From Dehalococcoidia bacterium (GTDB lineage: Bacteria; Chloroflexota; Dehalococcoidia; Lucifugimonadales; Australimonadaceae): a stretch of 64,000 bases of DNA. Shown here piece by piece: positions 47,900 to 56,531 of the stretch; within the stretch, counting starts at the first letter, position 1; the number at the start of each line of letters is the position of its first letter. Below the pieces are notes generated by a model. It saw only the letters and a list, made by a program, of their open reading frames with translations, did no database searches and was not told the origin of the DNA. The translations under genes were made by a program, and so were the position numbers. The DNA lies in the NCBI GenBank assembly GCA_965220205.1, contig OZ244812.1, positions 2,089,678 through 2,153,677 on the forward strand. Direction: 5' to 3'.

Positions 47900-48718
47900 A
47901 TGGCGCGCGAAGCATACCGGTCCCTCTATGGCGACCTCGCCAAGCTCAAGGGCGCGTCGCTGCTCGACGGCCCCGCGGACGACTCGGCGAACGACGACGC
48001 GCTGTTCCAGCTGCTGCTGGCCGTGTCGGCGCATGTGGACAGCCTCTGCAACCGTCACTTCTACCCGCTGACGGAGACGCGCCGCTTCGACGGCACGGCC
48101 GAGGCGCAGCTCGCTGTCCCCGACCTCATCTCGGTCTCGAGCCTCAGGTCGGACGATGACGACGACGGGATATACGAGACGACGTGGGCCGACGCGGACT
48201 ACGAGCTCACGCCCCAGAACGCGGCCCCGACGGCGCACTGGGGCGCTCCGCACCAGGCGCTCCGGGTGCGCTCGCACGGGGCCAAGCAACAGTTCCAACG
48301 AGGCCATAGCCGCTACGAGATCGCGGCGGTCTGGGGCTACCGCTTCCACCGGGAGCCGTCGGGCTCCCTGCTCGCCGCTGCGGTCTCCGACGCGGCGACG
48401 TCCGTGCAGGTCGATTCAGGCGCGGACTTCGCGCCCGGCCAGACTATCGTGATCGAGTCGGAGCAACTCTTGGTTACGGCGATTTCGAGCAACGCCTTGC
48501 AGGCGACCCGCGGCCTCAACGGGACGACTGCCGCCGCCCATGCGAACGACAGGGCGGTGGACATCCTGCGATGGCCCGCTCCCGTGGAACGCGCGGCGCT
48601 GATCAACGCTGCCCGCATCTGGGCGAGGGCGCCCGCGTTCGAGCCGTTCTATGTGGACGTCGACCTCGACACGGATGTCCGCCTGCTGCTCGAACCCTAC
48701 CGCAGAATGCCCGGGTAG
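47900..48718 (+). CDS. putative head-tail connector (gp6-like N-terminus) protein
   Basis: DDALFQLLLAVSAHVDSLCNRHF resembles the gp6-type connector signature. 272 aa. Confidence 0.55.
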   Translation: MAREAYRSLYGDLAKLKGASLLDGPADDSANDDALFQLLLAVSAHVDSLCNRHFYPLTETRRFDGTAEAQLAVPDLISVSSLRSDDDDDGIYETTWADADYELTPQNAAPTAHWGAPHQALRVRSHGAKQQFQRGHSRYEIAAVWGYRFHREPSGSLLAAAVSDAATSVQVDSGADFAPGQTIVIESEQLLVTAISSNALQATRGLNGTTAAAHANDRAVDILRWPAPVERAALINAARIWARAPAFEPFYVDVDLDTDVRLLLEPYRRMPG

Positions 48719-48721
48719 GCT

Positions 48722-49030
48722 GTGACGACGCACACGCAACGAGAACGGCTCGCGTCGCTGGAAGCGCGACAGCTGGGCCACGACCGCGAACACGGGCTGG
48801 TGGACCGCGTGTGGTCGGCGAAGCTGGACGCCATCGACGCGCGGGTTCGGAGCATCGAGCGCATCCTGCTGGAGGTCCCCATCCACGGCCGGCCCAACGA
48901 ATCGCAGGCGGCGGGAAGGCTGCGTCTGTCGAAGCGGGACGTGGGGGTGATGAGCGGCAGCGCCGCCGCGGCGTCGGCGGGGTGGTGGTTGGTGGAGGCG
49001 GCGATGTGGCTGCTGGGGGGCGGCGGCTAA
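48722..49030 (+). CDS. hypothetical protein with C-terminal TM helix (102 aa)
   Basis: Coiled-coil N-terminus and hydrophobic tail AAAASAGWWLVEAAMWLLGGGG. GTG start. Confidence 0.45.
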   Translation: MTTHTQRERLASLEARQLGHDREHGLVDRVWSAKLDAIDARVRSIERILLEVPIHGRPNESQAAGRLRLSKRDVGVMSGSAAAASAGWWLVEAAMWLLGGGG

Positions 49031-49374
49031 CCCACCTCCGCGCCGGCCTCCAGCAGCAGGCACGGCTCGCCCCACTGGGCCGCGTCCGCCAGGTCCCACG
49101 GGGCGTCCGACTCCTCCGGCCTCAGCCGTATGCCTTCGTCCCCGCCATAGACGAGGAGCGCGACGCCGTCGCCGGAGTCCCACACCCTGGCCGCGTACGC
49201 CGGGCACGGGCCGCCGGCGCCCCAGCCCGTGACGGCGCACGGGCCGTCGGCGCCGTCGCGCCGGAACGTGACCAGGCGGCGCACCTCCCGGGGCTCCTCC
49301 CGCGCGTCAAAGACGCGCGTCAACGGCAGCTCCGTGTTCTCGCAGGGCTCGACGTCAACCTCGATGCGGGGCAT
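49027..49374 (-). CDS. hypothetical protein (115 aa)
   Basis: ORF convergent on the island end. Non-repetitive composition. Confidence 0.4.
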   Translation of the reverse strand: MPRIEVDVEPCENTELPLTRVFDAREEPREVRRLVTFRRDGADGPCAVTGWGAGGPCPAYAARVWDSGDGVALLVYGGDEGIRLRPEESDAPWDLADAAQWGEPCLLLEAGAEVG

Positions 49375-49452
49375 GGGCGGATTGTACTACGGGGGGTCAT
49401 TCCGAAGGCATGGCCGAGCGCTGCTTCCCACGGCGCGGTGTACCATAGCCCC

Positions 49453-50214
49453 ATGTCCAACCCAGTAACCCTATACGGCATCGACGGTCTGCCCGAGGTG
49501 CGCGCGGGCGACGACTTGCCGGGACTGCTGCTCGACGCGGCCGGACGCCAGGGCGTCGGGCTCGAAGACGACGACGTGCTGGTCGTCACGCAGAAGGTAG
49601 TCTCCAAGGCCGAGGGGCGGGTCGTCGACCTGCGCGGCGTCGCGCCGTCGGCGCTGGCGGTCGAGTTCGCCGCGCAGTGGGAGAAGGACGCGCGGGCAGT
49701 CGAGGCGGCGCTCCGGGAGGCGGTCCGCGTCGTCCGCATGGACCGCGGCGTGCTAATCACCGAAACGCGTCACGGGTTCGTCTGCGCGAACTCGGGCGTG
49801 GACGCCTCGAACGTCGGCACGGGCAGCCAGGACCACGTCGTCCTGCTGCCGGAGGACCCGGACGCCTCCGCCGGCCGCATCCGGGACGCCGTGCGCGAAC
49901 GTTCGGGAGCGGCTATCGCGGTCATCATCTCCGACACGTTCGGGAGGGCGTGGCGGGAGGGGGCGGGCAACGTCGCCATCGGGTGCGCCGGCATCGCGCC
50001 GCTGTGGGACTACCGGGGCCTGCGCGACAGCGACGGCCGTGAGCTGCAGTCGACGACGATCGCGGTGGCGGACGAGATCGCGGCGGCGGCGGAGCTCGTC
50101 ACGAACAAGCTCACGCGCGTCCCCGCGGCCATCGTTCGCGGGTACCCGTACGCCCCGAGCGAGGACGGCGTCGGCCCGCTCATCCGCGCACGCGACAAGG
50201 ACTTGTTTCGGTAA
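49453..50214 (+). CDS. cofE: coenzyme F420-0:L-glutamate ligase
   Basis: VVTQKVVSKAEGR, GFVCANSGVD, ISDTFGRAWREG and RGYPY motifs. 253 aa. Confidence 0.9.
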   Translation: MSNPVTLYGIDGLPEVRAGDDLPGLLLDAAGRQGVGLEDDDVLVVTQKVVSKAEGRVVDLRGVAPSALAVEFAAQWEKDARAVEAALREAVRVVRMDRGVLITETRHGFVCANSGVDASNVGTGSQDHVVLLPEDPDASAGRIRDAVRERSGAAIAVIISDTFGRAWREGAGNVAIGCAGIAPLWDYRGLRDSDGRELQSTTIAVADEIAAAAELVTNKLTRVPAAIVRGYPYAPSEDGVGPLIRARDKDLFR

Positions 50215-50354
50215 CCCGCCCGAATCGGACGACGGCGCGATGTCGTGCTTGCACCGTAGTGGTCAGTGGCCCGGGGCCTCACGCAGCCGGCGTGGCGGCT
50301 ACCCACCGACCCGCCGTCGACGCCAACCCTAACCGCGATTGACCGCCTGTTCGG

Positions 50355-50475
50355 CGGGGTGCTAGCCTGATTGGGTGCGCGAATACGCACCGGGAGCTGG
50401 GTGTGGCCTGGCTGAGAGGCCCCGCGAGTACGGGGCGACCGGCTACCTGATCTGGGTAATGCCAGCGGAGGGACG
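50355..50475 (+). promoter_or_regulatory. TPP (THI-box) riboswitch
   Basis: GGGGTGC..., CTGAGAG (50412-50418) and ACCTGATCTGGGTAATGCCAGCGGAGGGA. Upstream of thiG. Confidence 0.9.
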
Positions 50476-50481
50476 CGAGAC

Positions 50482-50512
50482 GGCCACCGTTCCTCCGGCG
50501 GTGGCCTTTTTT
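50482..50512 (+). terminator. riboswitch expression-platform terminator
   Basis: GGCCACCG (50482-50489) ... CGGTGGCC (50499-50506) followed by TTTTTT. Confidence 0.8.
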
Positions 50513-50532
50513 CGTCAGGCGGAAGGGGCGCG

Positions 50533-51318
50533 ATGAGCGACGATGTGCTGCGTATAGGAGAGTTCACGTTCCGCTCGCGACTGATCGCGGGCACCGGGCG
50601 GCACCGCAGCACGGCGGAGATGATGGCGTCGCTGGAGGCGTCGGGCGCTGAGGTGGTCACGGTGGCGATACGCCGGCTCAACCTCGACAACCCGAGCGAG
50701 CCGACGATCCTCGACGCGCTGGCCCCGTCGCGTTACACCGTGCTGCCGAACACCGCAGGGTGCGCCACCGTCGAGGATGCGCTCATGACGGCGCGCCTCG
50801 CGCGCTCGATGGGCCTGCCCAACTGGGTGAAGCTCGAGATTATCCCCGATTCCAAGTACCTCCTGCCCGACCCGATTGGGACGCTCGACGCGGCGCAGGC
50901 GCTCATCGCCGACGGGTTCACGGTGCTGCCGTACATCCACGCCGACCCGGTGCTCGCCAAGCGGCTGCAGGAGGCCGGATGCGCAACGGTCATGCCGCTC
51001 GGCTCCGCCATCGGCTCCGGACGCGGGATCCACACGGCCGATGAGATCGAGATCATCATCGAGCAGGCCACCGTCCCGGTCGTCGTCGACGCGGGCCTGG
51101 CGGTGCCGTCGGACGCCTCGCAGGCGATGGAGATGGGAGCGTCGGCGGTGCTGGTCAACACCGCGATCGCGCGCGCCGCGTCCCCGGTCCTCATGGCCGA
51201 GGCCTTCAGGCTTGGCGTGGAGGCGGGACGCAAAGCCTACCTGGCGGGACGCATCGAACGACAGCAGTACGCGCAGGCCAGCAGCCCGCTCGAGGGCGTC
51301 ATCCGAGCGTCGTCGTGA
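50533..51318 (+). CDS. thiG: thiazole synthase
   Basis: 261 aa; LPNTAGC, VKLEIIPD and VMPLGSAIGSGRGI motifs. Confidence 0.95.
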   Translation: MSDDVLRIGEFTFRSRLIAGTGRHRSTAEMMASLEASGAEVVTVAIRRLNLDNPSEPTILDALAPSRYTVLPNTAGCATVEDALMTARLARSMGLPNWVKLEIIPDSKYLLPDPIGTLDAAQALIADGFTVLPYIHADPVLAKRLQEAGCATVMPLGSAIGSGRGIHTADEIEIIIEQATVPVVVDAGLAVPSDASQAMEMGASAVLVNTAIARAASPVLMAEAFRLGVEAGRKAYLAGRIERQQYAQASSPLEGVIRASS

Positions 51319-51980
51319 CCTCGCCGCAACGCGAGCTCCCCTTGCCTATCGTCGCCGTCGTCACCGACCGGGGCCTGTTCTCCGGGTTGCCCGAGCTGTA
51401 CGAGGCGGTTGAGGCGGCGGTCGCGGGCGGAGCGAACCTCGTGCAGCTCCGCGAGAAGGACCTGCCGGACGCCCAACAGCTCACCATGGCCCGCCGGCTG
51501 CGGGAGATTACCGCTGGGCGCGCCCTGCTGCTGGTCAACGACAGCGTCAGCGTCGCTCAGGCGGCAGGAGCCGACGGCGTGCAGCTCGCAGAGGCGTCCC
51601 GCTCGGTGAGCGACGCCCGTAGCCGGGCCGGAGGCGCGCCGCTGATCATCGGCCGCTCGGTGCACAACGACGCGGGGGCCTGGGAGGCGTCGCGGGACGG
51701 GGCCGATGTGCTGGTCGCGGGCGCGGTGTTCGAGTCCGCGACGCACCCGGAGCAACAGCCCGCGGGCCCGGAGCTCATCAGCGAGCTTACGGAGCTGGTC
51801 TCGACGCCGGTACTGGGGATCGGCGGCGTCACGCATGAGAATGCGGAGCAGGTCATCAACGCGGGCGCCTCTGGCGTCGCGGTAATCCGCGGCGTCCTCG
51901 GGGCCGCCGACCCCGAATCAGCCGCGCGCGAGCTACGCGACGCGGTGTACGCCGCGTGGAGTCTCAGGCAGGCTCGATAG
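51315..51980 (+). CDS. thiE: thiamine-phosphate synthase
   Basis: VQLREKD, VNDSVSVA, GADGVQL and IGGV motifs. 4-nt overlap with thiG. Confidence 0.9.
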   Translation: MTSPQRELPLPIVAVVTDRGLFSGLPELYEAVEAAVAGGANLVQLREKDLPDAQQLTMARRLREITAGRALLLVNDSVSVAQAAGADGVQLAEASRSVSDARSRAGGAPLIIGRSVHNDAGAWEASRDGADVLVAGAVFESATHPEQQPAGPELISELTELVSTPVLGIGGVTHENAEQVINAGASGVAVIRGVLGAADPESAARELRDAVYAAWSLRQAR

Positions 51981-52183
51981 TGCTACGTCTGGTGGTCAAC
52001 GGAAAGCCGCAAGAGATCGAGGCCGCCATGAGCGTGACGGAGTACATCGCTACGCTCGGCTTCGAGGGGCCGTACGTCGCGGTTGCGCGGAACGGCGAGG
52101 TGCTCGACCGCGATGCGTTCTCCGCTGTTTGCCTGGAAGACGGCGACCGGCTGGAGATCGTCCGGCCCGTCGGCGGCGGGTAG
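51980..52183 (+). CDS. thiS: sulfur carrier protein ThiS
   Basis: 67 aa ending in GG (IVRPVGGG). GTG overlaps the thiE stop (TAGTG). Confidence 0.85.
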   Translation: MLRLVVNGKPQEIEAAMSVTEYIATLGFEGPYVAVARNGEVLDRDAFSAVCLEDGDRLEIVRPVGGG

Positions 52184-52188
52184 CCTCC

Positions 52189-53127
52189 CTACAGCAACGC
52201 CAGCGCGGCCACTCCGCCGACGATCAGCACCGTCGAGACGGCCTTCAAGCCCAGCGTTCCCCGGTCCAGCGGTTCGTCGAGCACGTTCCACACAGGCGTG
52301 CTCAGCAATGTTCCGACCGCGAGCACGGTAAGGGGCCGGGTCGCGGTGACTGCGCTCACCAGGGACACGGGACCGAGCGACAGCGCCACGACGAACATGA
52401 GCGCCGCCAGCGGCGCCAGCAGGCCCTCGCCTACGAGAATGGCGGCAACCGCGCGCGGAGTCCGCAGCGCGCGCCGCAGGTCGCGGTTCATCGCCGGCCG
52501 CCATGTGATTGCCAGCACACCGGCGCCCATCGCCAGCGCGCGGAACCCCTGGATGGCCCATACGTTCATTCGGTCGGTCGCCTCTTTGCTGACGACGAAG
52601 GCGACGGCAATCACGACGCTCGACGCCAGCAGGATGAAGAACGCTCGGCCGCGCGCCAGCCGGATGCGTCCCCGCACCGGGCGCAGCGACACCATCATGG
52701 CCCCGGCTGTCACGACGAGGACCGCCAGCCACTGCACCGCGCTGAGCCGTTCGCCCAGGAACGTCACCGCAATGAGCGCCGCGAACACGGGCGACAGGGA
52801 CTGCATGGGCACGGCACGCGACATCTCCTCCATGCGCAGCCCGTAGAAGAAGAGCGACAGTCCGGCAGCCCACAGCAGGCCGCTGGCGACGGCCCAGGGG
52901 ATCCCGCTCCCGCCGTCGAAACCGACCGTCGCGAGCGTGGCGACCAGGAATATGGGGCCGATGAGGAACTGCAGGAGGCCGAAGGCAACGTTGAAGCTGG
53001 CAAAGCTCGGGAACAGGCGAGACAGCGATCGCTTGTCGATCGCGGAGACGACGGAGAAGAGGGCTGTGCTGAGCAGCGCGGCGGTCAGCCAGGTCATTGG
53101 CGGCACTCCATGGACGAGGCTCCCCAT
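52189..53127 (-). CDS. EamA/DMT-family transporter
   Basis: About ten predicted TM helices in two EamA repeats, 312 aa. Confidence 0.85.
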   Translation of the reverse strand: MGSLVHGVPPMTWLTAALLSTALFSVVSAIDKRSLSRLFPSFASFNVAFGLLQFLIGPIFLVATLATVGFDGGSGIPWAVASGLLWAAGLSLFFYGLRMEEMSRAVPMQSLSPVFAALIAVTFLGERLSAVQWLAVLVVTAGAMMVSLRPVRGRIRLARGRAFFILLASSVVIAVAFVVSKEATDRMNVWAIQGFRALAMGAGVLAITWRPAMNRDLRRALRTPRAVAAILVGEGLLAPLAALMFVVALSLGPVSLVSAVTATRPLTVLAVGTLLSTPVWNVLDEPLDRGTLGLKAVSTVLIVGGVAALALL

Positions 53128-53271
53128 TGTGGCGCGCCGCGCCCGCCGGTGTCATCTTGCGGACCGTGGCTGCGGGGTCTCCGGTCGCAGGTTGGGGGGC
53201 GTTGCGATCCGAACCGGGGTGTGGAGTCTCCGCCGGCTTCCCCTACTTATTGAGGTTTGTCCACGCAAAGA

Positions 53272-53475
53272 CTAGGCGTGGGGCCAGTCGGATTCTTCCA
53301 GCGTTCGCCTAGCCTCCTCCAGGCTGTCAAAGACATAGCCTCTGCCATCTGTTTCGATGGGTACGCCTTGGATTTGGAACGCGATAGCGCGTCCTTCCTC
53401 GACCTCTGATATGCAGCAGAGGACAACAGTTGTGTCTCCGCGCTGGTGAGAACAAACTGCGTATCTGTTGCCCAT
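53272..53475 (-). CDS. small hypothetical protein (67 aa), weak HicB/DUF1902-like flavour
   Basis: Follows the ATPase gene after a 12-nt gap. Lower GC. SLEEARRTLEE resembles HicB-type antitoxin helices (weak). Confidence 0.4.
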   Translation of the reverse strand: MGNRYAVCSHQRGDTTVVLCCISEVEEGRAIAFQIQGVPIETDGRGYVFDSLEEARRTLEESDWPHA

Positions 53476-53487
53476 TGCTCCATCCTC

Positions 53488-54729
53488 TCACAGCACTCTC
53501 CACCAGGGAACAGCGAGAACGTCAGGCGCGAGCCACTGGATAGCGGTCCCAGCGTGAAGCAACAGGCCTGACCTGGCCCTATCCCCGTACTCAGCCCGAA
53601 AAGTGCGCAGATGTTTCGCGTCACGAAGGCGCGGCCGCTCGGTCGATTTCACCTCGATGGGCAAGAGGCTGTCCCCTGCCTCTACTACAAAGTCCACCTC
53701 CTCGCCGATTGTCGTGCGCCAGTAGAAGATTTCGGCGCGGTCGAGCCGCGTGTCGCGCCAGGCCACAAGGTCTTGGGCCACGAGATTCTCCAGGTGAGCT
53801 CCTCTGGGTTCAGCTTCCTGGGTGAGATACAGCGACACCCCAGTGTCGCCCCAGTAGAGCTTCGGCGACTTCATCAGCCGTTTGGTGCGGTTGACAGCAT
53901 AGGCGGGCAGCCGCAGGAGCAGATACGATGTTTCCAGCAGGTTGAGGTAGCGATGGACTGTCGGCTGGGGCAGCGCAACGTCACGGCCAAGCTCGGTCTG
54001 ATTTGCGAGTTGGCCAGTCCGGAGGCAGGCGGCCCGCATCAGTCGGCGGAAGTCCGGCAACGCCGAGATGGACGAGAGGTTCTGCAGGTCGCGCTCCAAG
54101 TACGTGCGTACGTAGCCGTCGAACCAGACCGCTCGCTCCCCGTCTGTCTTGAGGTGAAGGGCGGGTGTGGGAAACCCTCCCCGGAATGCCAGAGCACGCC
54201 AGTCCTCCGGCTCGTCGGGCTGCGCGGCCAAAAGGTCGAGCCAATCCCGATCGCTGTTTTTCAGCAGTTCCTCCCAGATGCCTCCTCTCCCCAGGCCGCG
54301 CTGCTCTCGACGAGTCATCGGCCAAAGAGTCAGGTAGCTGGCGCGTCCGGCGAGGGACTCGGAGACTCGACGCATCAGGAGTAGGTTCGCCGAACCGGTT
54401 AGCAGGAATCTTCCAGGCCTGCGCTCTTGGTCTATGGCGCGCTTAACAGCGTGCAGCAATGCAGGTTCACGCTGGACCTCATCAATGGTGACGGGTTGGC
54501 TGCCCTCCAAAAGTACTTCGGGGTCGTGGCGCGCCGCATACAAAACGTCAAGGTCGTCCAAGGAGAGAAAGCGCCTGTTCCCAGACGTGAGTTCCTGAGC
54601 CAGGGTGCTCTTCCCCGTCTGCCGAGCGCCGGTGACGACAACAGCGGGCATGACGCGGAGTCGGTCCTCAAGGCCTGGCGCAACCAAGCGGGGGAGTGTG
54701 CCTTCCAACACATCGATAATGTATATCAT
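53488..54729 (-). CDS. AAA-family ATPase with DUF4143-type C-terminal domain
   Basis: Walker A VVTGARQTGKSTL, Walker B-like LSLDDLD and the typical IFYWRT...EVDFV C-terminal (restriction-endonuclease-like) motif. Confidence 0.85.
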   Translation of the reverse strand: MIYIIDVLEGTLPRLVAPGLEDRLRVMPAVVVTGARQTGKSTLAQELTSGNRRFLSLDDLDVLYAARHDPEVLLEGSQPVTIDEVQREPALLHAVKRAIDQERRPGRFLLTGSANLLLMRRVSESLAGRASYLTLWPMTRREQRGLGRGGIWEELLKNSDRDWLDLLAAQPDEPEDWRALAFRGGFPTPALHLKTDGERAVWFDGYVRTYLERDLQNLSSISALPDFRRLMRAACLRTGQLANQTELGRDVALPQPTVHRYLNLLETSYLLLRLPAYAVNRTKRLMKSPKLYWGDTGVSLYLTQEAEPRGAHLENLVAQDLVAWRDTRLDRAEIFYWRTTIGEEVDFVVEAGDSLLPIEVKSTERPRLRDAKHLRTFRAEYGDRARSGLLLHAGTAIQWLAPDVLAVPWWRVL

Positions 54730-55044
54730 TCACGATACGCATTACAAGTCGGGTTTGGGAGAGCGAGCTGAACGTCCGTCTCGCGGGGTGAATGACGGAT
54801 GCCCAGACTACTCGTTCATGTTGAAGGTCAGGCGGCGGAGTCCCTATACGAATGTGAGAGCGCAGTTGTTGGGCACGCCAGGCAGCGGTCGAAACGCGAA
54901 AGGGTCCGAGGCTGGCCCCGAGGGCAATGGCCACGGCACTCGCCCCGGTCTCCCGCTGAGCCATCGAGCGGCGGGGAGGATTGAGGCGGGGGCGGCCCAC
55001 CCTGCTAGAATGGGCGGCGCACACCTACCAGCGAGAGGGAACCT

Positions 55045-56454
55045 GTGACCACTGCCAATGAGAGGCCAACGATGCTCGGCGCCCTGAAGCAGAGCGGATA
55101 CAAGAGTGTACCCGTACGGGATGAGATGCGCCGTAACCTCATCGGCCATATGGAGCGCGGCGAGCAGTTGTTCCCCGGCATCGTCGGATACGACGACTCG
55201 GTCCTGCCGCAGCTGGAGAACGCGATCCTGGCGGGGCAGGACATCATCCTTCTGGGCGAGCGTGGCCAGGCGAAGTCGCGCATCATCCGCGCCCTCGTCA
55301 ATCTGCTCGACGAGGCTATCCCCATCGTCGCGGGGAGCGAGATCAACGACGACCCGTTCAATCCGGCGTCCCGCTACGCCATCGAGCTCGTGGCCGATCA
55401 GGGCGACGACACCGCCATCGAGTGGGTGGGACGCGACCACCGGTACGGCGAGAAGCTGGCGACGCCGGACATTTCGATCGCCGACCTCATCGGCGACGTC
55501 GACCCTATCCGCATCGCCGAGGGCCGCTACCTCTCCGACGAGCTGGCAATCCACTACGGCCTGATCCCGCGGACCAACCGCGGCATCTTCTCGATCAACG
55601 AGCTCCCCGACCTCGCCGAGCGCATCCAGGTGGGGTTGTTCAACCTCATGGAGGAGCGCGATGTCCAGATCAAGGGCTACCGGGTGCGCCTGCCGCTCGA
55701 CGTGCTCGTCGTGGCGAGCGCGAACCCGGAAGACTACACGAACCGCGGCCGCATCATCACGCCGCTCAAGGACCGCTACGGCGCCCAGATTCGCACCCAC
55801 TACCCCCAGGAACTCGCCCAGGAAATCTCCATCATGGAGGCGGAACGCAGGCAGTTCCCGGTGACCGAGGACCGGGTCACCGTGCCAGCGTACGTGAAGG
55901 AGGTCATCGCGGAGTTCACGACGCTCGCCCGCAAGCACCCGGAGGTCAACCAGCGCTCCGGCGTGAGCGTGCGCGTCTCCATCGCCAACTACGAGACGGT
56001 AGTGGCGAACGCGCTCCGGAGGGCCATTCGGGCGGGCGAGCCGCAGGCCGTGCCCCGTCTGACCGACCTTCCCTTCATGATTGCGTCGACGCTGGGCAAG
56101 ATCGAGCTCGAGACGATGGAGAGCGGGCGCGAGGTGCGGGTGCAGGACGACCTGGTCAAGCGCGCCGTCCTCAACGTGTTCGGCCGCTATTTCTCGCCGG
56201 GCGATTTCGACGGGCTGGTGCTCGCGTTCGAGCAGGGCTCGACGCTGGACACCGGCGCCGACATGCCCTCCGGGGAGTACGTGGCCGCGCTCAATCAGTT
56301 CGAGGGGTTCGAGGACGGGCTCGCCCGCCTGCAGCCGGGCGAGGACGCAGCCGCTATCGCGTCCTCGATGGAGTTTGTGTTGGAGGGGCTGCATCTCAAC
56401 AGGCGGCTCAACCGCGACAAGGTGGAAGGCGGCGGCTACCGATACCGCGTGTAA
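55045..56454 (+). CDS. BchI/Mg-chelatase-like AAA+ ATPase
   Basis: Walker A LLGERGQAKS, GIFSINELPDL, ASANPED and sensor regions. 469 aa. The antisense ORF 54844..56502 is an artefact. Confidence 0.82.
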   Translation: MTTANERPTMLGALKQSGYKSVPVRDEMRRNLIGHMERGEQLFPGIVGYDDSVLPQLENAILAGQDIILLGERGQAKSRIIRALVNLLDEAIPIVAGSEINDDPFNPASRYAIELVADQGDDTAIEWVGRDHRYGEKLATPDISIADLIGDVDPIRIAEGRYLSDELAIHYGLIPRTNRGIFSINELPDLAERIQVGLFNLMEERDVQIKGYRVRLPLDVLVVASANPEDYTNRGRIITPLKDRYGAQIRTHYPQELAQEISIMEAERRQFPVTEDRVTVPAYVKEVIAEFTTLARKHPEVNQRSGVSVRVSIANYETVVANALRRAIRAGEPQAVPRLTDLPFMIASTLGKIELETMESGREVRVQDDLVKRAVLNVFGRYFSPGDFDGLVLAFEQGSTLDTGADMPSGEYVAALNQFEGFEDGLARLQPGEDAAAIASSMEFVLEGLHLNRRLNRDKVEGGGYRYRV

Positions 56455-56531
56455 GCGTCGTGCATCTGAAGGAAGGCAGCGGGCAGTGAGGCTCGCCAGC
56501 ATTCGGAGTTCGCAGGGAGGTCGCGAGGAAG

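Noticed and set aside
48571-50214. 547-aa ORF ending with cofE
   Set aside because: Only the C-terminal 253 aa (ATG 49453) match CofE. The upstream part is a spurious Arg-rich frame overlapping other genes.
54844-56502. 552-aa ORF antisense to the BchI-like ATPase
   Set aside because: Same reasoning; the plus-strand product has Walker motifs and normal composition.
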